A model generated the notes under the pieces. The model saw nothing but the letters and a program-made list of their open reading frames with translations, was not told where the DNA came from and did no database searches. Made by a program: the position numbers and the translations under genes. DNA of 49,533 nt, counting the filler, from Bipalium vagum (lineage: Eukaryota), in NCBI GenBank assembly GCA_037834085.1. It is 3 parts of 3 records of this genome, joined end to end, with 100 filler letters (N's around TTAATTAATTAA, not from the genome) between each part and the next. Parts side by side here need not be neighbours in the genome. Positions count along the whole stretch, not along the records: positions 32,521 to 49,533 come from JBBMKC010082794.1; 2 more parts are not named here. The stretch is one strand, 5' to 3'. Shown here piece by piece: positions 38,216 through 49,533 of the stretch. The stretch's first letter is position 1; every line of letters begins with the position of its first letter.

Positions 38216-38870
38216 TTGGGTTAGTGAAAAAATTCGGTTAAAGAAAAAACAGTACGTGTACACAAATTAAATCATTTTTTTTCGATTCATATTATTTTTT
38301 CCCGTGTAACTGCAGTTGTCGGAATCCTTGGGGAAGCACAACTCGTCTTTCGAAGTGATCCATTCATGAACCATTTTCCAATTTCTTTATAAATATTGAA
38401 GTGCTTTTCCGAAAGCCCATGTTGCATCGATCGAAACAAATGATACTCACTAAGACCAATGTCCGATGAATACGGCGGGTGAGATAAAAAATCAAAAACA
38501 AGGTCTTCCAAAGTGGCCTTCACAATCTTTGCAATACTTGCCCAGTTCTTATCGTGCTGGAAAAACATTTTATCGTGTCTCTTCATATATTTTTGATCTT
38601 CTATTTTTCTATGCCTCGCTTAAAACTATCAGTTGTTTTTTTTTTAATTCAGCATAGACGGTTTTTTTCGCTTTCAATAACTCCCTTCACAACTCCCTTC
38701 TGGTCTCATCATATCATAACCATTACTTTTTTGTAGTGAATATTTGTTTTGATGTTGATTTGAACGGTTGCCTTGGCTTATAATATCGATTTTCCTCTTT
38801 TCGTATTATACTAGAAGAAGCATATCCACATTTCGTTCATAGTCAAAATGAGACTTTCTTCCTTGCCATT
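38216..38870 (-). mobile_element. Mariner (Mos1-like) 3' half
   Basis: RHDKMFFQHD...LSHPPYSSDIGLSEYHLFRSMQHGLSEKHF; TA|TTGGGTTAG end at 38216. Confidence 0.9.
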
Positions 38871-40199
38871 CAAAGCAAATTATCACTTAATTAATAATTA
38901 AAATATAAATTAAAAAAATTAAATTAAGTGATCAAATGATAAAAAATATATTTCGAAAACAAATTTTTATGATTAAAATTTTACAATTGATAACACGAGG
39001 TTTGTTTATGAGATGAAAAAAGCTTATATTATTTAATAATATACTGAAAATTATGTATTATAATATATTATATAATGATAAAGATAAATAATTAAACTGT
39101 AATGCAAAATAAAAAATTTAATTAGCTAAAAATAATTTTTAAAAATGATAATATATAATATTATTATAAATACGACGATGAAAACATCAAAGAAATAATG
39201 AGATAATTATCGTGACAATACTTCAACAATTTATTTAACACAGTCATGGTTTGAATTACGTATAAGAGTAATAAAAACATATAATTCTCATTTTATTATT
39301 TTATATGAATAAAGATAAAAATATTATATTATATTTCACTGTTTATTTTCTTAATCATGTAATAAGATTATATTTATTTAAATTAATTGAAACCAAATTA
39401 AAATTCATTAATATTACATAACTGACTAAGTGATAAACAAATTTATTTTAAGATATATATCAACAAGAAAAATAATTAAAAATTTTTGAAAATGTTATTA
39501 TTAATTTACACGAAAATGATTTACAAATTTATTTTGTCAAAATAAATTTTAAAATGCGATAAAAGAAATTTTAATTTAAACAAAATAATAAAATTAAAAT
39601 TGATTTTATATCGACTTCAAATTGTGAACGAATGATAAAAATACAAGTAAATATCATGATAAAATATATTTTAATTAAATCAATTAGGGGAAATTTGTCC
39701 TTTAAATATTTTAAGTATGAAAAAGATGATAAAGAAAGGATTTGTATAATTTTATATTACTTATATTTGTTATTAAAATCAATTTTTAATTTCAGAATTA
39801 AGAAATAGGTAAAAAGATCTGGAAATATTAAGTTTATTAATGAGATTAGCTCTTTCTTATTAATAATAGAATTTGATAATATTTCACATTATACATATCA
39901 CGAAATAATTTATAAATATTTTAGAATTATAACAGACAAACGAGATTGGGGATTGTTGATGAGAACCAAGGAGAATGAAAACCAATATTAATAACTTTGA
40001 ATTGATTTCTTTTAAAACAATTCCGGAAAAATAATCAACATTTTAATATTTAATCTTTCTAGTTCAGAAAACATTTATTTTATGAAATAAGGGTAATTAA
40101 TGAAAAATTTTATCGGTCATAATAGTTTTAATAGTTTTTTCAATAAATGGTTTATACTAAATTTTAATGTAAAGGAGGATTTTTCAGTTTGTGGCCATT

Positions 40200-41487
40200 G
40201 TCATTTTAATTTGAAAAGCGGATTCAGAAATCACAACAATCATTAATTTATTATTAAATATCGCAATAATTTAAATCTAAAGCTGGTTTGTTATACATTG
40301 ACATTAATAATAAAAAATAATTATGCATAATTCAGTTTGTTGGTAGAGCAATTCTGAACCAAGTCAATTAATATGATGATCTTTGTCCCAAGAAAAACAC
40401 ATTTGAGGAAGCGTTACGTTTTAGTTATAATTTGAAAAGGTGCTGCAGAAAGCCATAAGATGCCTTCGGAAGCTTATAAGAATCGTGCTCTATCCGAAAC
40501 ATGTTCCCAAGATTGGTTTCGGAAATTCAAATCTGGTGACTCGGATTTGGAAAACAAACCACACTCGGGTCAACCGAAACACTTCCAAAATGGAGATTTG
40601 GAAAAATTGTTGATCAAAGATCGATGCCAGTTAAGCAAAACAATGGCGGAAGTCCTAAATATCAATAAAACTACGATAAGCAAACGAATACATGCCATTG
40701 GATATAAGCAGATGTTCGGAAAATTTTTGCCTCATCAATTAAAGTAAGCCGATATATCGAAACGTTTGAGTATTTTTTAGATAATGGAGAACAGGCAAAA
40801 TTCAGTAATTTTACATCATATAATTACTTACGAAGAAAAATGGCTTACTTGTGAAAATTATAAACGGAAAATATCGTGGGTGAAGCGCGGTGATTCTGCA
40901 GTATCCATGTCGAAACAGAATATGTGTGGGCGTACGGTGATGCTGTCCATTTTTGGGATCAAAAGGAAATAATTTATTATGAACTGTTAAAAAATAGGAA
41001 AATGGTCGATGGTTATCATTACCAGCAAAAACTAACAAAACTGAGGCACGCGCTAAATGAAAAACGGCCTGAAATTCCAAAAGATTAGACGGTATTGTTA
41101 CAGCATGATAATGCTCAACTGCACACTTCGATCTTTGTGAAGAACACAATACCAGAATTTGTGTGGGAGATTTTACCTCACCAGCATATTCACCAGACCT
41201 AGCACCGAGTGATTATCATCTTTTTCGCTCAATGCAACTTTGGCTTTCTGAACAGCACTTCCAAAATACTGAAGATATCAAAAATTCGCTTGACTTATGT
41301 ATCAAATCTGAGGATCAAGGATTTTTTTATTGGAGAATACATTTGTTGGTTGAAAAATATGGAAATGTTGTTACAAATGGCGGTTCCTATTGTGAATGAT
41401 ATTTCATGTAAAAATAAATGTACATTGGCTTTTATTTAACGTTTTTCTTTTTATTAAAAAACATCGAGGACTAATGTAGCTATCTAA
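40200..41487 (+). mobile_element. Near full-length decayed mariner (Mos1/mauritiana-like)
   Basis: MMIFVPRKTHLR (cf. Mos1 MSSFVPNKEQTR), WFRKFKSGD, FLPHQL, IITYEEKW, LQHDNAQLH and PAYSPDLAPSDYHLFRSMQ; right end ...GTAGCTATCTAA|TA. Left boundary approximate. Confidence 0.92.
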
Positions 41488-42309
41488 TAATAATAATAAA
41501 AAATTAAAATTGATTATTCATTGAAAATGGTCGTGTATGAATATTGTGAATGCACTATTAATTTATTAAGATTAAAACAAAACATATTTCAGGATTTTAA
41601 GATAATAATTTTTGCTAAAATTTAAAAATTTCAAAAATTAAAAAATTAATTTTTAAAAAATTATTAAAATTTTATTGTTCTTTGTGCTTTATCTTTAATG
41701 GATTCAACTAATATCTAGAACACTAATAATGAATAACGTGTAATATTTTTATTATTGGAGTTTTTATTGTTGAAACAGCATTGATACATTGAATATCTAC
41801 ATTTTGTGTTGATTTATCAATTTACATTCCTGTTGTAGCTGATATTTTTAGTGGTGATAATTTGTTTCCTAATGAAACAATTAATATTGGAATAAAGAAT
41901 TAATGAAAAATCAATTATATGAAAATATATGAATCAATTGAATATGTTACATTTATAAAACGTTTAAATTACAGCTCCGAAAAATTGTTATCCCTCATTA
42001 TTAATTTTTTCTTACACTGTTGAATCAAAATAAGCTTCGCTATATGGATCAAAAAAATCATAATAACAATTACTAGGTGAATCCAAATAATCACAATAAA
42101 CCTTTATTTCAAAATGCAGCACAATAGCAATCAAAATGAAATGATGTCTTAGTAAATCAAAACTGTAATCGAATGATTATTATAAAGAAACAACAAAGCT
42201 AAGTAAATATTATAATCGACAAAAATATTCCTGTATTATAACGACTGCTTAAATTATTAAAAATAAAAACTTTAATTTACAAAATTCAAAATAATCATAA
42301 AATAATAAA

Positions 42310-42640
42310 ACAATGCTATTCTCACCCTGAGCGATCGATGGGTCCTCGGGTCGCCAGCTATGCCCTGAAAAAATTGCCTATAGATTCCCAAACTTCACAG
42401 AAACCATTGAACAATATTTTTTCGTTGTGAAAATCAATATAAATGAACCTGAATTTAATAATTCTGGTAATCTTCTAACGCAAAATTTTATTTTTTTCTC
42501 TCCGCCCGCATAGGACTCATTCTTTCATAAATGTATAGATTGACCAACGGCCGTCAATTTCTATTATGGGAGGAATAATAAACGATTCTCATAAATAATT
42601 CTCCGAAATTTATTGCAACCTCTAATAATCTTCACAATGA
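42310..42640 (-). mobile_element. Possible LINE (CR1/L2-like) 3' fragment
   Basis: GC-richer block; minus-strand KIIRG...ERKN resembles the post-RT tail of CR1/L2, followed by an A/T-rich tail. Confidence 0.3.
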
Positions 42641-45600
42641 AACTATGATTAAATTAGGTAATAAATTATTATCATTATTATTAATTTATCTTTTTATTAT
42701 AATTATTAAATTAATAATATTTTATTATCAATTATCAATATTATTATTCAGCCTGATTACTATTACTAATAATACAATAAAAATAAAATAAGAAATAATA
42801 TAATATATAGTAGTAATATTATTATTATTTTTTTTTATTATTATTTTTTTTTTATTATAGACTCTCTTTGGTCTTCCAGGGTGGTATATTTGGCGAACCC
42901 AGTAAATAATAAAAAATTAACATTATTTATTTCAAATGAAAGCAGTAAAAATATTGAGCAATAATTTTAAAAGAAATATGCAATTGAAAAATTAGAGTTT
43001 AAAAACGAACTGAAGTTTCAAATTAAAACTAAAAAGAAAAAAACATTTCATGATATTTTTACTTTCAGTATAATCTTAAACAAGTCTGATAATGATGAAG
43101 AAAGAAAATCAGTGTTAATCAGGGGTAAACCGAGGTATGAGCATGCAAACCAGATAAAGAAATATCAGGAGATTGTTCTTGTGGATTGGATATACTAAAA
43201 TTAACTTAGTTTGAGTACAAAACCTCATGTGTTTAATAAAAACAGTACAACATATTAATCCCTATTTATATTTTCATAATTATTTTCTTAATCAAATGTT
43301 TCACATAAACTGAAATTCGTCTCCATCATTAATTTGATTATTAGTCTAATTATTATCTTAACAGGTTTTACCCATTTTTATAAAGTCGTTTAGAAGGTAT
43401 ATTTGTGATTATACCACTCTGAGATTACCCATTAAAATATATCTTGATAGAAAACAACCGTTTTTAAGGTAAATCTATAAGTTGTTTTACCTTGGTAATG
43501 TTTCAAAATCATTTCAATTGGAATCGTAAGAACTGCAGCAAAATCCTCGGTTTTTGTGCACTGTTTTTATCCAAAAACCCGATATTCCTGTCTAATAATA
43601 ATGTGAAATATGATTCCTTAATTCTACAAGATTGATATATTTTGCAAAATATAAATAATGATATAAAGAAAAACAATCAAAAATAAAATTTATTGATTGA
43701 ATTTAAGGGATACCTGCCAAATTAAGTTTTCAGAAAGGAAAATATGTATTTTTAGACTGTGATCATGCTCAAGCAGCCGTCACCACATCCACATGGTTAG
43801 AGTATAATACAATGTATTCAAACAAATTCCGTTCACAAAATGAAACGAATTATCTCATGCAGTTCTCCGGCGATCTAGGTGTAAAGATAACATGCATGCC
43901 GTAATGTAAATATTCTAAAACTGATTTTCTAATTCTATTACTCCAAAAATATTCTTCCTCGTTCTGAGAATTGGGTACAGATCCGAGATTTTTTTCAATA
44001 TTTTTCTATCCCGATTTTTTTCCAGATTTTCATATCGAAATTATTAAAGAAGAAAAAAGAATTGCATTAAAACAAATTTTACTCGACCTGTGCATTGGTT
44101 TTCAGTATGATTGGTTGTAAAATGATCCATAAATGAGTTTGACAGACGGAAAAAAATTTCATTTAAAAAAATATATCTTTTACGGAAGAAGACATTGATT
44201 GATCTTTGGTTTCCTTCGTCGACATTCTTTATTATCGGTTTTTCAAACATGCTAATAAAATAATTAATTAATAATAAACAGTTTTTTTCTTTTTCAAATG
44301 TGGTAATGGTTGAAGATACTTCATAATTAAGCTTTATTTACTCCAGTGACATTGTTATCTTATAATTTTGGTATTTATTTTCATTTTGATGGATATTGTC
44401 ACTTCAATTGTTCCTTCATCAAAATCGGAGTACTCCATCAGTTGATCAGATCACTCAGTTCGACATTGAAGAGGTTTTGTCAAAAATCTTTTTAAGATAT
44501 AGATAAGATTTTTGATATTCAGTTCTAAGAGATAAAGAAAATTGGAATTTTCCAATTTTAATGAAAATCGTATGGAAAAAGGGAAGGAGGATAGAAGACA
44601 TTTGATAGAAAGAAATTATCTCTGAAATATACAAATGTATACACTATGATTCAGAAATTAGTTCATGTGTATCTGTCGTATTGACTCAACCATAACAATC
44701 CGTTAGTTATATAAGAAGTGATATTTTTTCACAAAACAATTTGACAAAATCGAAAACACCCTTGATAATGTAAAGACCTGGAATATATAAACTGGGAATA
44801 TGAGAACCTATCCATACAGATACAGTTATATAACTGAAATATTGTTGATTTGTTAATTTACTGAAAATTTTATTAAACGGAAATTATATTGTCTAAATTC
44901 ATTATTATTGCTGTTGTTATTATACATAATATACAAAGTAGACATTATTTTAAAAATAAGGGATAATGGAGGTCTAATGAAAATTTCTTATCATTTTTAA
45001 ATTAAATATAATTTCTGAAATATTGTTTGATTACTTTTATTTAATTAAATCATTTTCAATAAAAGAAAAACATGAAAATCTTTTATGTACATGAAACAAT
45101 TCAGAGTAATTAAGTAAATAAATAAACATTAAGTTATGAACAAATACAGAATTAATATTATTTAATAAATTATTCACCAAGCTCAGCAGATAGGATAAGA
45201 AATATCACTAAATTAATTAATAATAAATAATTAATAATTGAAGAATGCAAGAGTAATTTTATTTATATTTTATGTATATTTGGCAGCTAATAACGATAAA
45301 AAAATGTTTTGTAAAAAATAAATTTAATTAAATTTGTTGAATTTAAAAACCAGTAAAAAAATAAATGAAAAATTGAAATTGGATATTAGAAAATTAAATA
45401 GATATTAAAAATTGGAAAATATTTAATGGCGATTCCACGTCGTCAGAGATATTCCGTTTTTATTATATGTCATTGTATATCTGATTATTGTTTCTCTCTG
45501 TGTAAGTATAAAATCTTCATAATCTTTCAGTTGTTATATATTTTCCGTAGCAATAAAATTTCTATCGTTTTTATTGATCTTTAAGTAACATAAACTTGAC

Positions 45601-45975
45601 AATAATTCTTGACAATAGTTAATTTTTTTCTTTTGTTTAATGTTTTTCTAAACTGTGATATACGATTATTTAATTATGATTAATTTTCTTTATATTTCTG
45701 GTTTACATTGTTGTTATTTATATTTATTTTTATATTTTAATGACGATATTTAAGAAATTTATATTTCTTATAATATTAATAATTTTGTTTAAAATTTTAT
45801 AATGTAAATATTTATACTTAAAAATGAATTTTAAATTTTATATATGAAAGAAAATTCAATATGAAAATTAAATATATTTTATCGATTTGTTAAACATTAA
45901 TATATTAATATAATATATAAAGATAATCAATATTAGTGTAATATAATATAATAATATAACAATAACATTAATATA

Positions 45976-46338
45976 TCAATATATTATAATTTCATTTTCG
46001 GTGATCAGCTTTGGTCTTCCAGAACGTTCACGAACTTCCACCGAGTCAATCTCACAAAAACGAAGAAAAATCTCTCTTCTAGCACATTCACTTGGTGAAG
46101 TTTTCCCAAATTCGGCTTTTAATTTCCGTTTAACAACAAAAATCGAGTTGAATTTGGCCATTAAAAGTACAATTTTGATTTTTTACTTCAAATCAAGCAG
46201 CATTTGCTAAATCAAATTTTAAAATATTAAAACAAAATTTAGACTTACTTTAATATTATATAAATAGAATTTTCATTTGATTGGATTTAATGAAAGAAAT
46301 TTAAGTTTACTTTCCATGGGTACTTATGGGATACCCTG
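45976..46338 (-). mobile_element. rosa/DD41D-like transposon 5' fragment (DUF4817-type HTH)
   Basis: SIFVVKRKLKAEFGKTSPS...RFCEIDSVEVRERSGRPK; TA|CAGGGTATCCCATAAG terminus at 46338. Confidence 0.8.
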
Positions 46339-49300
46339 TAAAGAATATTTTATTAATAAATAAAATTGTAAAACGTGATGGATATTTTTCAGATTTTCTT
46401 GGTCAAAATCTATAAAACTGTCCGGTTGATGGAAAAGAACAGAGTAATATCAAAGTATTCTGTTGTATTATCTTTATTAGAGATCTAAGAAATTCTTCAA
46501 ATCCCTAGATCAGTTTTTAAAATAATCTTCCAGAAAAATTAATATGACTTTATCTAGTCGACCTGCTCCTCTTAATTGTATGGTACATCTATCTACAGAG
46601 AAACTCGGTGGAAATTAAATTAATTAAGGATCAAATAATATTTGTCTATTCAAAAACCTTAAACTATTGAACATCATGTTTATGTTCGTTTTGTCCAATG
46701 GTATAAGCACAACATAAATTACTATTTATATATTATGATTTTTTTATACTTAAATCGTACCCATACATAACAAAATTAGAAATATTAATTAAGTAATATA
46801 TGCAATTTTATAAGATATTACAAATAAAAATTTTAACCAAGAAAGATTTTTCATTAAAAAAGTTCAATTAACTCCATTCACACAGTAGGATAAAGAAAAT
46901 GTAAGAATCGGTAAAGCACGTTTTGTCTAAAATTGTTTCTTAAGACAAAATAAATGAAAAATACAGTCATTAACGATTTTCTGTAATTATTAATTAATAA
47001 ATAATTCCTTTCAACCTTTGTTTAATATATTTATTTAATTAATAATATATTTATAATATTAAGAAAATATATGAAGTATATATTATTTTTTTTATTATTA
47101 TAAATTAATTTATTAATATATGTGTATCCGTTATTTTCTCCAATATATTTTCTGTTTCATTTTCAATGGAAAAACCAATCGTTGAAGGTTAATCATATTT
47201 AAATTAAAATAAATCATAAAACTAAAATTTGCACATAAAACGTTCATGTTTAATTTTAAACTCCCATTTCACTACTTTAAATTTATTTACCGTAGCAATA
47301 CAAGGTAAACAATTTTTATTCAATGCACAGGGTGCGTGAATATAATTGGCGCACTTTTCTAAATGTAAAATCTTATAAAACAATTGCCTGTATATCAATG
47401 TTTTAATTAATTTAGTTTCATCTATGTTTTTTTCAAAAATGGAAATATTACAGAATTTCAATATTTATGAGTTGTATTGTTCCTGATTTTTTGAAATTTT
47501 GAATAAACTTTCAAAATTGTAGTTTTTAGAGATATTTTTCTTTACAGTACTTACGCGCCAATTATACTCCTGCATCCTGTATGTAGATCGACAAAATTAT
47601 TTATAGGTATAGTTTCTGTAAGCGAATTTGTGTAATTTAAGGAGCTCGCTGTTGGTTCAATTTTTTAAATGTGTCTGATGTTATTTCCTAAATATTGATA
47701 TATATTTTTGAATTACAAATATAATCTTTGTAAATTATTTTGTAATTTTGATTATAGATATGAAATAAAGGACATAATTTATTATACCAGTACAATGTTA
47801 TTTGAAGAAAAGCAAGACAGGCTTAATTAATTATACTTCATTTTTTAATCAATACATTGACCAATCTACTTCTACAAGTTTGATAAAAATTAATTATTAA
47901 ATTTCGTTTTGTACTATTTTTCAAGTCCGCGGCCTGATTGGTATTTTATCGTTACTTTTTTCGCTGCTGAGGTAACTGAGTATTTTCAATATGTTTTCAA
48001 AATGTTGAGATATGGTGAGATATGGTGACCTTCCTTTTGGTATTTAAGATCATTTCGTTGCAACGATCTGGATACAGTTCTTATGAAGACTGATAAATTA
48101 TTATTCCTCAAATGGTACTGGCTTCACTTTATTATTTTTTGTTTCCTTTTGATATATGCCGGCGTAAAATTGTTGGATTTCTTTTGCTTATTTTGAATTT
48201 GCGACCTTGTTTCTTTTTTTGGTAAAGTTTCTGAGAATTAAATAAATGTTAAATGCAGATTTCGTTACTCACAAAAATGTTTCACATTTCTTTATATGTC
48301 ATTTCTTTTTTCTTAAATCAATTACTGCTTTCTTAATTTCTTTGGAATATATATTTAAAGTTGAATTTTATTATTGAAACTACTTACGGTATAAATAATT
48401 GTGCTTTAAATTCTTAACAAATTATTAATGTTGTAAATTATGTAAATAACAGAATTAGAATTAACTTATTACAATGTTCTAAACAAATGAATATACGTAA
48501 AATTATTATATTTCAGGTTTCATATTTAATTTATATAAGAGTAAACAATTAATTAACATTTTTATCGTGGTTTAAATAATTATGTCGACCATTATAGAAT
48601 CTTAGTCTCATTCATCACCTGCAATATTAGTTTCCAGAAACTTTAATTCAATGTACAAATAATTCAATGTACAAAATACTTTAAAAAGCTTTGTTTTCAA
48701 ATTTTATTTACCTAAATATAAACAAGTTTTTAATAATAATTAAATAAATAAAATTCAAAAATATATATTAATACAATAATAAATTTTTTTCAAAATATCA
48801 TAACTTTCAAACAAGGAACGGTTAAGAATTATTTTCAGACTTTAATCAGACTTTTTAATATAGAAATTATTTTAAAAATCTGCGTGCTAGTCCCTAATTC
48901 ATGTAATTCAATAATTAATTAATAATTATGGAGAATGTATAATTATTATATTATGAAAATATTAATAAAATAATAAAAAATTAAATATTTATAAAATTAC
49001 ATCTTATTACTTAAATTTTTAATTAATTTTCTATAAAACAAGAGTTAATTTAAAAATTGAAGTTCGTGTATCTTAAAGGTTGGAAATTAATATTTTTCAG
49101 AATAACATATTTCAGAATAAATGAAATTAGAGTGTTTTGTCGGTTTTATGATTGTGTAAGATAATTCGCCTTTAAGAAAATAGATATAAAAACCCATGGA
49201 AATACTGATATCATTAAAAACTTTATAAATACTAATTCAACTAGCTAAAACATTTAAACAGGAAATTTCGATTTAACCATTTAAGACAGAACCAAACTTT

Positions 49301-49417
49301 CATAAATTTTGGAGATCAACAACGACGAGCACTCACTGTTTAGTTATCATAAGTTACGCACTTCACAGGTGTATCATAGAGTCACTAATAATTAAAATGA
49401 TATCATAAGTCACCTTT

Positions 49418-49418
<1 letters not shown>

Positions 49419-49468
<50 letters not shown>

Positions 49469-49486
49469 TTATTATTATTATTATTG
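49419..49486. repeat. (TTA)n microsatellite, possibly the tail of a non-LTR element lying at ~49150-49418
   Basis: The repeat is directly visible. The LINE-tail reading is inferred from the GC-richer block just upstream. Confidence 0.9.
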
Positions 49487-49533
49487 TTAAGTTCCTAAAA
49501 GTGGCTGATTTTACGTTAAAAATATCGATAAAG

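Larger units (their letters stand above)
37200..44250 (-). pseudogene. Putative decayed class C GPCR (mGluR/CaSR-like) multi-exon gene
   Basis: Collinear minus-strand motifs: FMDHFTTNHTEN 44098-44133, EEYFW ~43950, VDVVTAA ~43780, PRILLQFLR 43524-43550, IYFNG 43428-43442, QCCF 41772-41783, FHSPW 39966-39980, KELIS...TYFLILK ~39790-39860, PYVMLFLNFC 37760-37789, PNFN 37705-37716, WLG 37638-37646, LMFIRP 37412-37429. Many stops and frameshifts; each match alone is weak. Confidence 0.4.

Noticed and set aside
443-47461. Many 60-110 aa ORFs rich in F/I/L/K/N (e.g. 443, 1161, 3278, 8893, 17616, 20789, 33444, 33954) and antisense shadows of real exons or transposases
   Set aside because: Composition is typical of random AT-rich frames, many start at TTG/GTG, and none has a recognisable motif.
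47222-47620. Possible Mutator/MULE transposase fragment on the minus strand
   Set aside because: Only a vague YIHA-PCA resemblance; no catalytic motif or ends identifiable.
47930-48272. Possible solo LTR ending ...TTACTCACA
   Set aside because: No partner copy, TG start or target-site duplication could be identified.

Overview
Very AT-rich eukaryotic DNA with spliceosomal GT-AG introns, many only 45-54 nt. An invertebrate animal, possibly flatworm-like, is my inference and cannot be proved from the window. The first 16 kb hold two host genes on the + strand. One is the 3' part of WDR59 (GATOR2/SEA3), ending at 5266. The other is a complete SLC7 amino-acid transporter light chain (9285-16102) with two intact, ~65%-identical, tandem versions of its first coding exon (TM1 to mid-TM4) sharing seven downstream exons; this is the best novel-looking feature. 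The remaining ~33 kb is mostly decayed transposons: mariners of several subfamilies (one nested in another), Tc1-like, rosa/maT-like, pogo/Tigger, Merlin, Ty3/gypsy gag and pol, and a three-layer gypsy>pogo>MITE nest. On the minus strand at ~37.2-44.25 kb, short motifs occur in the order expected for a heavily decayed class C (mGluR-like) GPCR gene that the ORF track misses. Two N44-TTAATTAATTAA-N44 blocks are assembly spacers. All translations and alignments were done by eye; no database searches were run.
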